Positions 49,373 to 59,781 are shown, counted from the first letter of the stretch. The stretch is DNA of 64,000 bases from a bacterium (GCA_021815445.1 JAKAGM010000001.1:467710-531709); one strand, 5' to 3'. Notes: a model not told the origin generated them from the letters alone. Made by a program: numbers and translations.

Positions 49373-49903
49373 CTAGAGCGTGTAGACAAAAATCGGGATC
49401 GATTTCTCCGTTGGCTTGTCGACCCGTTCCGGTACCCAGCCCGGAATTGAAAAACTGTATGAGATCACCCTGGCTCCGGGTTTCAACTCAGCACGAAACT
49501 TCGGAGCTATTTTTTTCATTGCCATTGGGGTAAGGAAGCAAAAAACGACATCAGCGGGACTGAGGTCTGCGGTAAAGAAATCGGCAAAGCGCACCTCAAC
49601 GCACTTGTGGAGGCCCGCGGTGAGCAGTCTAATCTGTGAATAAAGAAACGGGAGCACGGACACTTCATATCCGATAGTCCGAGCACGGCAATTTCTGCCG
49701 AGAGCCATGAGGACACGGCCGTCACCTGACCCAAGATCAAAGAAAACCTGTTGGGAAGAAAGTCGCGCAAGCGTGACTATGCGGCCGATATCCCTATTGC
49801 GGACCGGAAGCCACGGCGCCGCTCTCAGACTCGCGTATGCGGCCGAACCGAACACAATGATAATAGATATAAAAACCAGTAATAAAACAAAGGGTTCGAG
49901 CAT
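49373..49903 (-). CDS. membrane-anchored class I SAM methyltransferase
   Basis: APWLP, DLGSGDGR, ELKPGARVIS. Confidence 0.88.
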   Translation of the reverse strand: MLEPFVLLLVFISIIIVFGSAAYASLRAAPWLPVRNRDIGRIVTLARLSSQQVFFDLGSGDGRVLMALGRNCRARTIGYEVSVLPFLYSQIRLLTAGLHKCVEVRFADFFTADLSPADVVFCFLTPMAMKKIAPKFRAELKPGARVISYSFSIPGWVPERVDKPTEKSIPIFVYTL

Positions 49904-49964
49904 ATTTCACTCTAAAAAAATAAACTCACTGCACAGTAATGTCCTACCGGCTGATGAACAAAAA

Positions 49965-50120
49965 TCACGATGAACCCGCGAACATGGAGGATAGGAGTAC
50001 GGTGACAATTGATGCAAGTGATACAAGCGTACTTATCAGGAGAAGGGCAGTCGCGATCTTGTGATGGACATCAACCTTCTCAATAACTTCGACGTCCTGC
50101 GTTTGTCGTTGAAAAGCCAT
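49965..50120 (-). CDS. 51-aa single-TM protein resembling the N-terminus of the upstream protease (below the ORF-track cutoff)
   Basis: MAFQRQTQDVEVIEKVDVHHKIATALLLISTLVSLASIVTVLLSSMFAGSS. Confidence 0.6.
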   Translation of the reverse strand: MAFQRQTQDVEVIEKVDVHHKIATALLLISTLVSLASIVTVLLSSMFAGSS

Positions 50121-50270
50121 GAAACTATCTGGATAAAAGAAGGCAAAAATGTTTGCCGGATTTCGAATTGTACGACTATTTCGTGCTTTTACTCCTTAAC
50201 TCATGATTATTCGGACGTTCATCATTCGCGCAGCCAAACTCACATTGACCAATGTTGCGCCCGACCGACT

Positions 50271-53200
50271 CTAAAATTGAGGGCAGGATCCGGGCGGCTT
50301 ATTATGTGCTACTATCCCGCTGGCAATATAGGTGTTGTCCGGCGAAACCTCGAGATTGTACACCTTAACTGTTTCATCGACCTCCTGGATTGAGTAAATG
50401 GGTACAGGCCGACTCTGATCATCGGTGAGTGTATCCCCTACCTTGAGCCTGCCGACTTCAACCCATTCGCCGCGAGAATACATCGGGTGTGTTTTTGTGA
50501 CCTTGATTTTCCCATTGATAACAAGATAATTATTTGTCTCGTGTACATACACTTGCGTCACGTTATTATCAACCAACGCGCCAGTTTTAACATCATAGGC
50601 CTTGACCCCATCGCCAACTTTTAAACCCTCTATTGGCCTACTGGAGCCGTCGTTCATGAGGATTGGGGTGCCGGCCAGGAAACTTGAACGGCAAGTTCTG
50701 GGTTGGTTTTGCACGCACGATGTACCGTTGCAATAATATCCCGAGGCACAGGGAGTGCCGCAGGCATTGCCGCATTGGTCGTAGCCGCAGGTTTTGCCGG
50801 CGCACGAACAGGCCTGGCAGCTTCCATTGCCAGTGCAATAGGTTCCCGTCCCACAGCCGCAAACACTGCAATTATTTATCAGGGTTAAATTAGTCTGGCA
50901 GTATAACGGCTTGGTCGCGGAGCAAGATCCGACTAATGTGCCGTCACTGCAATTATTGAAAGTACCGGTCCGATTAATATTCTGGCGGAAAGTGGGCCAT
51001 TGGAGAGCCGCCGTCGATGAAGTTGCAACTGTATAAACCATCAGGTAATTTGTGTCAGAGCCGACCACGATCTCCGGTTTCCCATCCCCATTAACATCGG
51101 CAACAGCCGGACTCGAGTAAACAGCGCCAGGCGCATTATACGGCCATGGCGATACCGGAGTGCCGTCTCCCTGCCAGGCGTAGACCTTGCCATCCATAGA
51201 GCCCACAATAACTTCCGGCGATCCGTTGCCATCCAGATCCGCCAGGGCGGGAGAAGAATATACAATACTACCGGTGGTTATCGGCCATTTACTTGAAACC
51301 GGAGTGCCGTCAGCGTGCCAGGCGTAGACTTTATCATTACCGACGACAATTTCCAGGCCGGCATGCGCCGGATCAAGCTCACCGATGGCGGGTGAAGAAT
51401 CCCCTGATCCTCCGGTTGATTGCGGCCAGCCGGCGACCGGAGTGCCGTCAGCGTGCCAGGCGTATGTTTTGAAGCCCGAGCTCATGACCACTTCCAGCTT
51501 TCCGTCGCCGTCTATATCGGCCACCGCCGGCGAGGAGTAAAAAGAAGCAAACCACCCCGGGGCATCTTCGACATGTTTGGGCAGCCAGCCGGCGGTCTGA
51601 TCCCCGATGTACGGAGAACCATCGGCATGCCAGACATAAACATTTCCCTCTACGGTACCGACAATAACCTCAAGGCCGGGCGTTGACGGGTCCAGATCGG
51701 CAAGTACCGGAGTTGACCTTACCCAGCCCAAAGTAGATTTCGGCCAGTTAGGCACAGTTTGACCGTTTGCTGTCCAGGCATACACCTTGGAATCATACGA
51801 GCCGACAACCACCTCTTTAGTGCCATCTTTGTTGATATCTGCAACAGCCGGTGAGGATAAAACTTTATCACCAGTGGCAATCCCGTTTGTCCATCCAGCA
51901 ACAGCGCTTCCGTCAGAGTGCCAGGCGTAAACTTTATTATTAGCCGATCCAACTATTACTTCGGGCCCCGGAAAGCCAGGATCAATATCCGCTACTGCCG
52001 GCGATGAATAATTACCCGTCACCGGGCCAGTTACTTTTGGCCAACCAATCAGTGTGGCGCCGGCGGAATTCCACGCGTAAATATTTCCTGCATAGTCGCT
52101 GGCAACTACCTCCAGGGAACCCCCGGGAATAAGGTCAGCCACGGCTGGCCCGGAACGTACTGGGCCACCCATAAGCTGTGGCCAGCCGGTGAGGTACGGA
52201 GGCTGGACTATAACTGAAACGATACCCGTACTCGTAACATTGCCGACATAATCGTATGCTTTTGCCTGGAAAGTATGTGAGGTGGGAACGAGATCATTAA
52301 AGGAGGCTACGGCCGAATACGGGCTTGTCGTATCAGTCTCGCGCAGCACAGAGTCCGTATAAAACTCAACTTTCCAAACGCCAACAGTGTCAGACGCGTC
52401 CGCGGACACCGTGACCGGATTGGGAATAGTAACGCCGTTAGTCGGTGAGGTCAGAGTCACGGAAGGGGACGTCGGATCCGTATTTGTAACGGTAAAATTA
52501 ATGTTTGCTGAATCGCCGCTATTATTTGGTTTTGAATAAGGCGTGCCAGCCAGATCGTATGCCCTGGCAAAAATCGTATTTGCGCCATTAGGAATGTGTG
52601 TGGTATCAAGCGTAGCTTGATAGGGCGAGGTCGAGTCGGAGGCAAAAGGCGTAGTCGCGCCATTGAGATAAAATTCAACCTTTTCAATGCCCGAAGCATC
52701 CGAAGCATTAGCCGACACCGTGATATTGCCGGAAACGTTGGCGCCGGCTGTCGGCGCTGTGACAGAAGCAGTCGGTGGCGTAAAATCAGTCTTGCCAATC
52801 GTAATACTTACCGTCAACGCCGAGGATGTTTTTGAGACAGCTCTTATTTGCGTTCCGGTCGCCGGATCAGTGAAGGTTGTTCCGACTGGCAAAGCATTAT
52901 TTGCCAAACTACCCGGCGGAGTCGGATCAATGAGTTCCGAATAATTTAAATCCCCGACAAAGCCAACGTGTAGGAGCGCTCCAGTAAAAACTTCAGTACT
53001 GACACCGCCAATTCCGGTATCTTGTCCGATAGGTTGGCGAAATTCCACGTAGATATAATCTTGCGCTGAACGGGGAATTTTGATCGCTTTTAAATTTGAA
53101 GTGGTAGTAGACATAGGATAAAGGACGTAACTGCCGTTCGTAACCACAGTCTGAAGATTGGTGGCGCTCAACCAACCTAAATTTTCCTTATGCATGGCGT

Positions 53201-54521
53201 TGAAATGCCCGCCCTGGGTAGCGATACCCATGATGTCATAATAGTCGCCGTATTCAACGCGAAAACAGTCGGAATCAGCCACTGAAACCTTCCCGCAATC
53301 GTAAAATTGAGCATGATTATTCCCTAAGCCATGACCGAGCTCGTGCCCGACGACATACTGATCAAAAAATTCCGGTTTAACGCTTGAAACTGACATCTCA
53401 ACATCTCCATCCGGCGAATTGACCGTTACTTTACCTAACGTTGATATCCCCTCCCAAGTGGCACAGCCCCCGCCTCCAAAAGGGGCGGCAAGTACAAGAC
53501 GGCCATAATCATTATAGTTAACTTCAGCGTTAGCCGCGTTTAATAATGCGTTGATCATCGTCGAACTGCCGCAAGTTTGATCGACAGGAATGTTATACCA
53601 GCCGCGAACATCGGCTGCCTGGCCGGCATCAAGTACGCTCTTTATGTCAATCTGCGAATAGGAATTTTCCTGGTAATAGGCTTTTACCTGATTCATAACT
53701 GCTTGCGCTTGCGTGACAGTCAAAGTAGGGGCCGGGGTATTTTGAAAATTGAACAACAGAACCAGTGTTTTTTGATCGCCGAGCACTGGTGTCGCCGTTG
53801 TGACCTGGGATGTTTGATAACCCGTACTCACATTCTGCAGGTCTGTAAGCGCCGCGAATTTGACAGAACCGTCAAACAGCAAATTGCCGTCAATTTGATA
53901 GCCCTTCACTTCTAACTGCGATCCGGGCTTCACCGCCTGCAACGAAGCCTTTGCAGAATGAAGTATAATCTGCTGACCATCCGCCGTTCGCAACGAATAC
54001 TCGTTTTTACTTGTCTTATCGGTGTAATCTACTATCTGAACTTCCAGCTTCCCTCCCACAGTTTTAACGGTTTCCACGCAATCACTGGCGCGCGCTGTAA
54101 TAGCAGTGCGGACTTTATCAGTCAACACCATATTGAGCGCCTGGTCGGGATCCGCGGCCATTGTTTCCATGAAATGCTGCTTTCTTGAGACCAGGGCATT
54201 GTGAAGCGACGCCGATGCCGCCTGCTGAATATCAATCTTGCTAACATCCGAGCTTTCTAATTGGAAGGCGGCCAGGTCATCTTTTGAAAGCGTAACCTGG
54301 TGTACATCCGCTATGGAAGGCAGCGTAACCGGAGAACAGGCCACAGCCGACAATTTTGTTGTCGTCGATAATTGGGTAGTCGTTAACGCCGCCGCAAAAC
54401 CAACCGCCGCCGCTATGCCGGCAAACATCATGACGGCCAAACTGACCTTTTCATAAATATTCACCTCAGTTCTTGTCTCGATGTCTATTCTGTTATTTGG
54501 CATACGTTTTTTATTAGGCAT
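50271..54521 (-). CDS. membrane-anchored M11/M6-like metalloprotease with Ig-like domains, FG-GAP repeats, Cys-rich region and C-terminal Hint domain
   Basis: HELGHGLGNNH, EYGD..DIMG; KVEFY Ig repeats; SSPAVAD repeats; SFLAGT...THP...VYNLEV...AHN. Confidence 0.9.
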   Translation of the reverse strand: MPNKKRMPNNRIDIETRTEVNIYEKVSLAVMMFAGIAAAVGFAAALTTTQLSTTTKLSAVACSPVTLPSIADVHQVTLSKDDLAAFQLESSDVSKIDIQQAASASLHNALVSRKQHFMETMAADPDQALNMVLTDKVRTAITARASDCVETVKTVGGKLEVQIVDYTDKTSKNEYSLRTADGQQIILHSAKASLQAVKPGSQLEVKGYQIDGNLLFDGSVKFAALTDLQNVSTGYQTSQVTTATPVLGDQKTLVLLFNFQNTPAPTLTVTQAQAVMNQVKAYYQENSYSQIDIKSVLDAGQAADVRGWYNIPVDQTCGSSTMINALLNAANAEVNYNDYGRLVLAAPFGGGGCATWEGISTLGKVTVNSPDGDVEMSVSSVKPEFFDQYVVGHELGHGLGNNHAQFYDCGKVSVADSDCFRVEYGDYYDIMGIATQGGHFNAMHKENLGWLSATNLQTVVTNGSYVLYPMSTTTSNLKAIKIPRSAQDYIYVEFRQPIGQDTGIGGVSTEVFTGALLHVGFVGDLNYSELIDPTPPGSLANNALPVGTTFTDPATGTQIRAVSKTSSALTVSITIGKTDFTPPTASVTAPTAGANVSGNITVSANASDASGIEKVEFYLNGATTPFASDSTSPYQATLDTTHIPNGANTIFARAYDLAGTPYSKPNNSGDSANINFTVTNTDPTSPSVTLTSPTNGVTIPNPVTVSADASDTVGVWKVEFYTDSVLRETDTTSPYSAVASFNDLVPTSHTFQAKAYDYVGNVTSTGIVSVIVQPPYLTGWPQLMGGPVRSGPAVADLIPGGSLEVVASDYAGNIYAWNSAGATLIGWPKVTGPVTGNYSSPAVADIDPGFPGPEVIVGSANNKVYAWHSDGSAVAGWTNGIATGDKVLSSPAVADINKDGTKEVVVGSYDSKVYAWTANGQTVPNWPKSTLGWVRSTPVLADLDPSTPGLEVIVGTVEGNVYVWHADGSPYIGDQTAGWLPKHVEDAPGWFASFYSSPAVADIDGDGKLEVVMSSGFKTYAWHADGTPVAGWPQSTGGSGDSSPAIGELDPAHAGLEIVVGNDKVYAWHADGTPVSSKWPITTGSIVYSSPALADLDGNGSPEVIVGSMDGKVYAWQGDGTPVSPWPYNAPGAVYSSPAVADVNGDGKPEIVVGSDTNYLMVYTVATSSTAALQWPTFRQNINRTGTFNNCSDGTLVGSCSATKPLYCQTNLTLINNCSVCGCGTGTYCTGNGSCQACSCAGKTCGYDQCGNACGTPCASGYYCNGTSCVQNQPRTCRSSFLAGTPILMNDGSSRPIEGLKVGDGVKAYDVKTGALVDNNVTQVYVHETNNYLVINGKIKVTKTHPMYSRGEWVEVGRLKVGDTLTDDQSRPVPIYSIQEVDETVKVYNLEVSPDNTYIASGIVAHNKPPGSCPQF

Positions 54522-54573
54522 AGGATGGAGTAATTATAAGACGAATAGCGAGGTTTGAGAAGAATAATTCTAG

Positions 54574-57114
54574 CTAGAGGGTCCGTTCCCCCACCGCCTG
54601 CGCTTTGGCCATCGTGGCGGGCTTGCCGAGCTGGGAACGCTCCATAATTTCAGCCTCGACAATCTTTTTATCTCTCCCATACCGGAGCCGCGAATACTCG
54701 GTAATCGCTTTTGCCACCTGCGCGTCCCCGTCCTGAGGAGGATATGTCTGCATCGTAAATGGCTTTGAGACGGTATTATCGATGAGGAGCTTGATATTGG
54801 CGTTGTACATGTCGACGTTCATCACGTCGTATTCGTCAAAGACCGGCGCGAACTCTTTCGCCATAGTCTCGGCGTCTTCGACGCCGACGCGGAACGCTAC
54901 GCGCGTCCCCACATTGCCGAATACGGCATCGCGGATGGTGATATCGTCGCCCTGGACCAACTGCGAAATATACTGGTGAGCGATGGTAAGATTAAGCCGG
55001 TACTTTCGCGCCTCGGAGAGGATGGTTTTAATCGAGTCAGTGACGAAATTTTGGAACTCGTCGACATAGAGATAAAAATCCTTGCGCTGTGCCTGGGGCA
55101 GTGACGCGCGTCGCAATGAGGCCATCTGAAGCTTCGAAACGATAATCAGGCCGAGAAGGTTGGAGTTCACTTCTCCCGTCGTGCCTTTCGAAAGGTTGAC
55201 GAGCAGTATTTTCTGTTTGTCCATAATTTCTCCCACATCGAACCCCGACCTGGGCTGGCCGATGATGTTCCTCATCATGGCGTTCTCCACGAACCTGCCG
55301 ACTTTAGAGATGAGGTACCCCAGCATCTCCGATTTGTGAAAATCGGACGTCTTGGCCATCTCCTGTTCCCAAAAAGCCCGTACGACGGGATCGCTCACTT
55401 TTGAAACTTTGTATTTCTGGAATGCGGGGTCGGTAAACATGCGCGGAATCTCCGCTATAGTGCCGGGCGACTCCGTATCGGCCATCAGCGTCAGCATGGC
55501 GTTTCGCATATTGTGCTCGAACATCGGCCCGATCATTTCGGGAGGAAAAAGCTTGTAAAAAATCGCTATCATTTCCTGGATGGCAAAATCACACTCTTCA
55601 GGTGTTTTTGCCTCTAACATGTTGAGGCCGACAGGGCGGTCTGCGTCCGAGGGGTTAAAGATGATTACGTCCTCTGCCCGTTGTTGCGGCACTTGCGCGA
55701 GAACTGCATTGACGAGGTCCCCATGGGGATCCACGACGCACACTCCTTCGCCGTTGACGATGTCCTGCACAATCATGTTTTCGAGGAGCACAGACTTTCC
55801 CACGCCCGACATACCGAGTACGTAGACATGGCGCCGCCTGTCTTCCCGCTTGATCCGTATGACGCTTTCGATGCCGCGGTACATATTATGGCCCAGCACC
55901 AGCCCCTCGCGAGGGATATTGGAGGGCGCGGGAGCTTTTCGCGCCGAGAGCCAGAGGATATTCGGCGTCTCAGTGGTGGGCAGGGGAAAGTGAAAGACGC
56001 TCGCAATCTCTTCGGTATTGAGGATGAGTTTCTTTCCCTCGTCGAACGCCCGATAAATAAAATTATGTATCAGCCCGTCCTGGCGCATCGGATCTTTGCG
56101 AGAAAAACCGTTCCCGTATTCATAGAGCGTGTACTGGTTAAAAGCATCCATGATGTTCTTGAGGAACTGTTGGGCGCGCTCCGGCGTGCTCGAGGAAGTA
56201 AGGATGCGGATATTAACGTCGAGGCCGGCTTTGCTCGTCTTTTCCTCGAGGCGCTTCACGATGTTTTCTTCCATAGGCGAAAGCCGATACATGACGTCCT
56301 GGTCTTTTTTTTCTTTTTTCGGGAAAAAGGTCCGAAAAAGGGTCCTAAAAATCCCGCTGATCCCGTGGGCGCCGAGCGCTTCGTTGAGCTTCTTCCCCTG
56401 CTGCATCTCCCTGGCGACACGGGCGCCCCAGGTGTGCCAGCTCGCTTTTGCGGATCGCGCGACAATCTGGATCGCCACGCCGTCATGCTCCCCTATTTTA
56501 CTGAGCGCGTTCGTGACGGCATTGAGCGGATCGACATCAAGCTCGCGGTACGACCTGATGGGAAAAATATACTGTTTGCGAAATACAAGCGTCGTGCCCG
56601 CGATGAAGCTTTGCGGGGTGAACATGTTATAATCGGGCACTTCATCAATCTGCGCTCGCGGATACTGGGCATGGATTTGCTGTTCCATGAACTGCCTGAG
56701 ATATTCGGGGACGACGACGTAAAATGCAATCACGCCCGCCATCGCCACTATCTCGACGGCAAAATGATCCGTACGGCCGCCCAAAAGCGAGCTTGCGCCG
56801 CGTTGTGCATGCATGCCTCCGAGCGCGTTCCACCACGCTTCAGCGACCACCAGCTGTTCTTCAATCGTCTTCCGTTGATCCTGCTCCGCCGCTTCCTGCT
56901 CCTTCGGCACGGTAACGAGGAGAATCACATGGCGGAGCGCCGAGGAAACTGAACGTTTTTTTTTGATGGTAAAACGGAGTACGATGCTTGCGGCTAATCC
57001 GATGACTACGAGTCCCGCTATGACGATAAATACATAAAAAAGCGGCGAGGAGGAAAATCCCTCCCACATTGCCGCGAGCCCTGATGCGAAATCAATATGA
57101 ATGCCGAACCCCAT
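54574..57114 (-). CDS. VirD4/TraD/HerA-like coupling ATPase with N-terminal TM
   Basis: DRRRH..VLGMSGVGKS, DPHGD, YVDEFQN, SEARKY, AHQY. Confidence 0.88.
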   Translation of the reverse strand: MGFGIHIDFASGLAAMWEGFSSSPLFYVFIVIAGLVVIGLAASIVLRFTIKKKRSVSSALRHVILLVTVPKEQEAAEQDQRKTIEEQLVVAEAWWNALGGMHAQRGASSLLGGRTDHFAVEIVAMAGVIAFYVVVPEYLRQFMEQQIHAQYPRAQIDEVPDYNMFTPQSFIAGTTLVFRKQYIFPIRSYRELDVDPLNAVTNALSKIGEHDGVAIQIVARSAKASWHTWGARVAREMQQGKKLNEALGAHGISGIFRTLFRTFFPKKEKKDQDVMYRLSPMEENIVKRLEEKTSKAGLDVNIRILTSSSTPERAQQFLKNIMDAFNQYTLYEYGNGFSRKDPMRQDGLIHNFIYRAFDEGKKLILNTEEIASVFHFPLPTTETPNILWLSARKAPAPSNIPREGLVLGHNMYRGIESVIRIKREDRRRHVYVLGMSGVGKSVLLENMIVQDIVNGEGVCVVDPHGDLVNAVLAQVPQQRAEDVIIFNPSDADRPVGLNMLEAKTPEECDFAIQEMIAIFYKLFPPEMIGPMFEHNMRNAMLTLMADTESPGTIAEIPRMFTDPAFQKYKVSKVSDPVVRAFWEQEMAKTSDFHKSEMLGYLISKVGRFVENAMMRNIIGQPRSGFDVGEIMDKQKILLVNLSKGTTGEVNSNLLGLIIVSKLQMASLRRASLPQAQRKDFYLYVDEFQNFVTDSIKTILSEARKYRLNLTIAHQYISQLVQGDDITIRDAVFGNVGTRVAFRVGVEDAETMAKEFAPVFDEYDVMNVDMYNANIKLLIDNTVSKPFTMQTYPPQDGDAQVAKAITEYSRLRYGRDKKIVEAEIMERSQLGKPATMAKAQAVGERTL

Positions 57115-57118
57115 AAAG

Positions 57119-57643
57119 CTAGCGCTGTTTATCGCGGAGAGCGAGGAGGCGGTCAGCTTTAATTTTCGCTTCCTGTTCGAGGAAAAATTTGTTGACCCCC
57201 GGGATGATCTTGAGCCAGTCCCTGATCAATTGGAGCACCTTGGCCACCTGGACTCTTACCTCCTGCATGAGGACGAGTATTTTTGAGGCCGTTTCTTCAC
57301 CCTGTTTTTGGAAAAGAATCTGTTTATCGAGCGGGAGCTCGAGATAAATCTCCTCTAGTCCTTGGGAAAGGATATTCTCAATCTCGATAAGCGCCTGGCT
57401 TTTTTCCGCCTGGGGGATGCTAGCTCCGGGAGCTTGCGGAGGGATTACAATAGATGGGCCTTCAGTTTCTTTTGAAGGGACAGCATGCTCTGGGCGAGCT
57501 TCAGGAGGAGTTGTTTCTATAGACTCCCTTCCTGCTTCCCGCTCAGGTAATGGAGTACGTTCTTTTTCAGATCCTACTTCAAAAATATCCTCGACATTCC
57601 GTTCAGGAGTTTGATTTTCCTGCTTTTCGTTCGGTAGGGGCAT
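57119..57643 (-). CDS. conserved hypothetical protein
   Basis: Likely start MPLPNEK; C-terminal IPGVNKFFLEQEAKIK; directly upstream of the ATPase. Confidence 0.7.
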   Translation of the reverse strand: MPLPNEKQENQTPERNVEDIFEVGSEKERTPLPEREAGRESIETTPPEARPEHAVPSKETEGPSIVIPPQAPGASIPQAEKSQALIEIENILSQGLEEIYLELPLDKQILFQKQGEETASKILVLMQEVRVQVAKVLQLIRDWLKIIPGVNKFFLEQEAKIKADRLLALRDKQR

Positions 57644-57809
57644 TAAAATGAAAAAATTTTTCTCAAATCCACGTAAAGTATACCAGATTTTAGTCATTTT
57701 GGCAAGGTAACAAGGTGCCCTTGCTATACATTGACAAATCGCTAAATACGTGCTAATATGCTCTGTTAAATCACGATTGTCCAGAAACCGTATGTAACAG
57801 GAGGATGTC

Positions 57810-58601
57810 ATGAAACGTACAAGTGCTCTTTTCATCATCATCGCAATCGCGATCACTACTTCTTCACTCTTTGGAGGATGCGCTGGAAGTTTCGCCCCGA
57901 GTGGACAGCTTTTGAACGGGGGCGCTTGGATCACATTCGGCGCGAACCCCTTTGCGTCGATTTTCCCACAGCAGCCGCGGATCCAGGACAAGACGTCTGG
58001 ATTCGACTACATACTGTCCGATGGGGACAGCTACATAGTGATGCAGCAGCTAACAGGCTTTTGTGTGTTCCCAAACGCGCCGTCAGGGTGGGAGGTCGTG
58101 AACTTCGATGCCCAGTATAGCGGCCCCGGATTCTTTGGCTGGCGGAATCGTATGATTTCGTCTCCGAGGGATCTGCCCGAATTCTATATCGGGTGGAAAG
58201 GATGTGGTAAGGGGCGTCTCACCTTATCATTCGACTACAAAAACGTCTCCACGGGCGAGTTGTTTTCGAACCAGTTTCGGAAAGAGTTGTCTCGCATGTC
58301 CGATGAGAAGCTCTCCAAACACCTCTTCGAAAAAGATAAGCAGGCCTGGTGGTCTGCAAGGGGGGAAGAACACAAGATGGTCGTTGCCGCCGTGGATACA
58401 TCGCACGCGGCAGTGAAGGACTATTCGGAGCTTCAGGGACAGAACGATTTGGTCCTCAGGGCACAAGTGCTCCAACAGAGCCCCGTCAAATACGAAGCTC
58501 TTGAAGCAGCGATCCACAGCATGTGGGTCGACAAGATCGTCGAGTGGGAACTGGCAGTGAGATTCACATTTATGTTCCCGCGAGAGTTGGCAGGGAACTA
58601 G
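57810..58601 (+). CDS. putative lipoprotein
   Basis: SD AGGAGG, signal peptide with FGGC lipobox-like motif, own TTGACA promoter and terminator at 58626-58658. Confidence 0.7.
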   Translation: MKRTSALFIIIAIAITTSSLFGGCAGSFAPSGQLLNGGAWITFGANPFASIFPQQPRIQDKTSGFDYILSDGDSYIVMQQLTGFCVFPNAPSGWEVVNFDAQYSGPGFFGWRNRMISSPRDLPEFYIGWKGCGKGRLTLSFDYKNVSTGELFSNQFRKELSRMSDEKLSKHLFEKDKQAWWSARGEEHKMVVAAVDTSHAAVKDYSELQGQNDLVLRAQVLQQSPVKYEALEAAIHSMWVDKIVEWELAVRFTFMFPRELAGN

Positions 58602-58800
58602 CGCGCTCTTTCGACATCGACATTGTGGCGCCGTCTGATCTTTAGATGGCGCCATTTTCTTTTTGCAAATGTGACTTGAAAAAAAGTGAAAAGTGTGTTA
58701 CAATATACGCATACGTGATTTTTTGTATCACAATTGACGGACAGTCAAAGAAGGCCGTCCGTTTCCCAACGCGCATCCTCCTTCATTACACATTTAACGT

Positions 58801-59781
58801 ATGCCCATAACTTTGAGCTCGTCTCTGATTATCATCTTTGTGGTGCTTTTTGTCGTCATTTTTTGGATGTACAGGGAAAACACCAAAACATCGTTTAAGT
58901 TCAAAGTGCTTGATCTCTACTCGAAAGACCTGACGGCGCTGGCCAGAGCAGGACAGATAGATCCGGTCATCGGGAGAAAGCATGAAATTGAACGGGTGAT
59001 TCAGATTCTTTCCCGCAGGACAAAAAATAACCCCGTATTGATCGGTAAATCCGGCGTCGGCAAAACTGCAATAGCGGACGAGCTCGCCAGCATGATAGCC
59101 CGGGGCGAGGTGCCCTCTATCCTGAAGGACAAACGCGTGCTAGCCCTGGATCTTTCCGGACTGGTGGCCGGGACGAAATACCGCGGTGAGTTTGAGAAAA
59201 GGCTCAAGTCATTGACCGATGAGATTATCGCATCGCAGAGGAATATCATCCTCTTTATCGACGAACTCCACACGCTCGCCGAGGCCGGCGAAGCTTCGGG
59301 CGCCATCGATGCGGCGGACATCCTGAAACCGGCGCTCTCCAGGGGCGAACTGCAGGTGATAGGCGCTACAACGATGGAGGAATACCAAAAATACGTGGAA
59401 AAAGACCTGACGCTTGAGCGGCGTTTCCAGCCCGTCCTGATTAACGAGCCGTCGAAGGAAGACACGCTTGAAATCCTCAAAGGTATCCGTGAGCGCTACG
59501 AGAAACATCACCATGTGGAAATCACTGATGCAGCCCTCAAGAAATCCATCGAGCTTTCTGACCAGTACATCAAAGACCGCGTGTTTCCCGACAAAGCGAT
59601 CGACCTGATCGACGAGGCATCGGCAAAAGTGCGGCTTAAGAAGCTTGAGGACCGCCTGGCGGGCAAACATGAACGCCGGGTGGTGGAAGCGGATGATATC
59701 GTGGAGATCATGAATGAATGGCGAAACGACGCCACGATAGTCCACGCCGCGGAAAACGCTATAGACGCAAAGAAAGCCTGA
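58801..59781 (+). CDS. N-terminally membrane-anchored ClpA/B/C-like ATPase containing only the first AAA+ module
   Basis: TM; [49 protein letters not shown]. Confidence 0.88.
   Translation: MPITLSSSLIIIFVVLFVVIFWMYRENTKTSFKFKVLDLYSKDLTALARAGQIDPVIGRKHEIERVIQILSRRTKNNPVLIGKSGVGKTAIADELASMIARGEVPSILKDKRVLALDLSGLVAGTKYRGEFEKRLKSLTDEIIASQRNIILFIDELHTLAEAGEASGAIDAADILKPALSRGELQVIGATTMEEYQKYVEKDLTLERRFQPVLINEPSKEDTLEILKGIRERYEKHHHVEITDAALKKSIELSDQYIKDRVFPDKAIDLIDEASAKVRLKKLEDRLAGKHERRVVEADDIVEIMNEWRNDATIVHAAENAIDAKKA

Noticed and set aside
55681-56952. 423-aa + strand ORF and other long antisense ORFs (10810-11727, 13164-13949, 61204-61923)
   Set aside because: They are shadows of well-supported opposite-strand genes and show no recognisable motifs.
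58735-58765. CtsR box upstream of the Clp-like gene
   Set aside because: Only one heptad (AGTCAAA) matches and the second half is poor. It is better explained as a small hairpin.
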